Source: Octopus vulgaris (taxonomy: Eukaryota). From it: a stretch of 64,000 nucleotides of DNA. Under the pieces are notes generated by a model that ran no database searches, was not told the origin of the DNA, and saw only the letters and a list, made by a program, of their open reading frames with translations. Position numbers and translations under genes: made by a program. The stretch covers positions 108,004,001 to 108,068,000 of the forward strand of contig OX597816.1 of the NCBI GenBank assembly GCA_951406725.2, given 5' to 3'. Of the stretch, positions 62,454 to 64,000 are shown one piece after another (positions within the stretch are counted from its first letter, which is position 1; every line of letters starts with the position of its first letter).

Positions 62454-64000
62454 TAATTCTTTATTACTGGCTCAAGGCCTAAACGCAGAGGCGACATACG
62501 ACATGCGGGAACAAAATCCACATAAACGGATGAATGTGAAATGAATTAAATTACAATAAAAATAAGACGACTATCTCGCTCCCGCTCTGAGATGAAACCT
62601 TGCATTCCTTTTTCCTTTAAACCTTTATATTTAACATAACAATTTCCAGCCCCGTTCGGAGGCGAAACCGCGACTTTCCTTTTCGTTTTGACCTTACAAT
62701 TTAAAAACTTTTTAAACAAATGTTCATACACGATTTCCTTTTTTTTTTTTCCTTTTTTTTTTAAACCAAAAAGTTTAACCCATTTTTTTACACAGTTTTC
62801 AGTTTCTAAATTAAATCACGACTTAACACTTCTTTTCGTTCACATATTTCTCCACCGAGGCGCGAAGTTCAAAATCCATCTCCGGCCTCAGTGGGTTCAA
62901 TCTCTCACAATGTCTTTCAATTTTGAAATTTTTCAAGTTTGGGGTGTTCTATATTTCATTATAAATTTTCTTTTGTTTGTGTTTTGCATGTTGTCGCTTT
63001 TTGTCTCTATATTTCTGCAGTTCTTGCCTTTCGTGTGATTGTATCTGCGTGTCTGTGTGTTCGTGTAATTTGTGTGTCTGTGTGTTTGTTTGACTGTAAT
63101 TCTACGTGTTTCATCTGTGTGTCTATGTCTTTAGTTTTCCTTAACTCTGGGTTTTCTTGTTCCTGTTCGTTATTACTTGTGTGCTTTTGCAATTCTACGT
63201 GTTTGAGAGTCTGCTGGTCTGACTGACTCTGTACATGTAAGTCCTATACTGGTGATCCTACTGGTAAATATTCTATGTTTCTTGTAGTGGGTTGGGTTTC
63301 CTCTTCCATTGCTTTGTACTTTTTCAATTCCACTATCGTCGGTGACTTCCTTCTCTCTCTTTTTTCTGGCTTTCACCTCCGCAAAGTTTCCGTCATATTC
63401 TGTTTTCTGTTTCTGCTTTTTTTTACCATTATATCCCCCTGAATACTCTCCTCTACCATTTCCACTGTTGCTCTAGGGCATTTCTGTCTCAAGTGCCCTC
63501 TTTCACCACATTCGTAACACTTTAGGGGGCGGGTCCCCTCCAACATTATCTCCAGCCTTGCTTCATTTGGTAGCTCTAAAGTTCAGGTACTTCGTTGTAA
63601 TATTTCGGGCTCATTGCACAAATTATCTCTAATCCGTAACCCACCACTTCACTTGTGTTCGGCTTACCATGCCAATCCCCGCTTTCCTTCCTCAGCTCCG
63701 AATTAAAAATTGAGACTATTATTCACTCTGGGTCTATCGACGGTGGGATTCTTCCCACCCTAATTCTAACAATTCTTTTGTCCAAGCAGTTAGACATCGG
63801 AGTCCATTTTTCTCCCTGTATCAGCTTGTTGGCGGGTTTTTTCGCCTCCTCTTCTGATAAAAAGGTTACTTCTATCGACGCATATATCCTTCCTCTTGTA
63901 AAGAACGTTATGCTGTCTCCTATTTGTTCTTCCAAGATTTCTTCTATCTCTTCCTGCGGCGCGTATTCAATTCTTCGGCTTTCATTCGAAAATGTTCTAT
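62454..64000 (-). mobile_element. Second, diverged ORF1-only L1/Tx1-type element (5' end beyond the window)
   Basis: FFTRGRIYASIEVTFLSEEEA, VRIRVGRIPPSID, PLKCYECGEKR...CP knuckle near 63480-63530, K/E-rich region, aataaagaa 3' end; no RT between knuckle and tail. Confidence 0.78.

Noticed and set aside
61018-63226. Hydrophobic plus-strand ORFs (61018, 61296, 62688, 62939)
   Set aside because: Antisense shadows of purine-rich K/E-coding ORF1 sequence.

Overview
AT-rich, repeat-saturated animal DNA with no confidently identifiable host gene. The dense (TA)n/(TG)n/(GATA)n/(TACA)n/(AAT)n microsatellites and the SINE repertoire suggest a cephalopod (Octopus-like) intron or intergenic region; this is inference. 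Nearly all ORFs in the supplied track are microsatellite artefacts. Real content: about five tRNA-derived SINE families, three mariner copies and Tc1/pogo fragments, a long-TIR MITE with an 8-bp TSD, a non-autonomous Helitron, several R4/Dong-type (RLE) LINE remnants, an L1/Tx1 fragment, a 5'-truncated CR1/L2-group LINE with an open RT frame (55.5-57.6 kb), two tandem ORF1-only (HAL1-like) elements and a Penelope GIY-YIG remnant. The most striking signal is at least seven type I hammerhead-ribozyme motifs from about five different small non-coding elements, all sitting in microsatellite tracts. They occur as terminally redundant ~460-500 nt monomers (retrozyme-like) and as head-to-head palindromic dimers, including a near-perfect 329-bp palindrome beside the GIY-YIG remnant. 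A second candidate system is a SINE subfamily with a Tx1-like tail that repeatedly nests inside the heads of its own family. Boundaries of decayed repeats are approximate.
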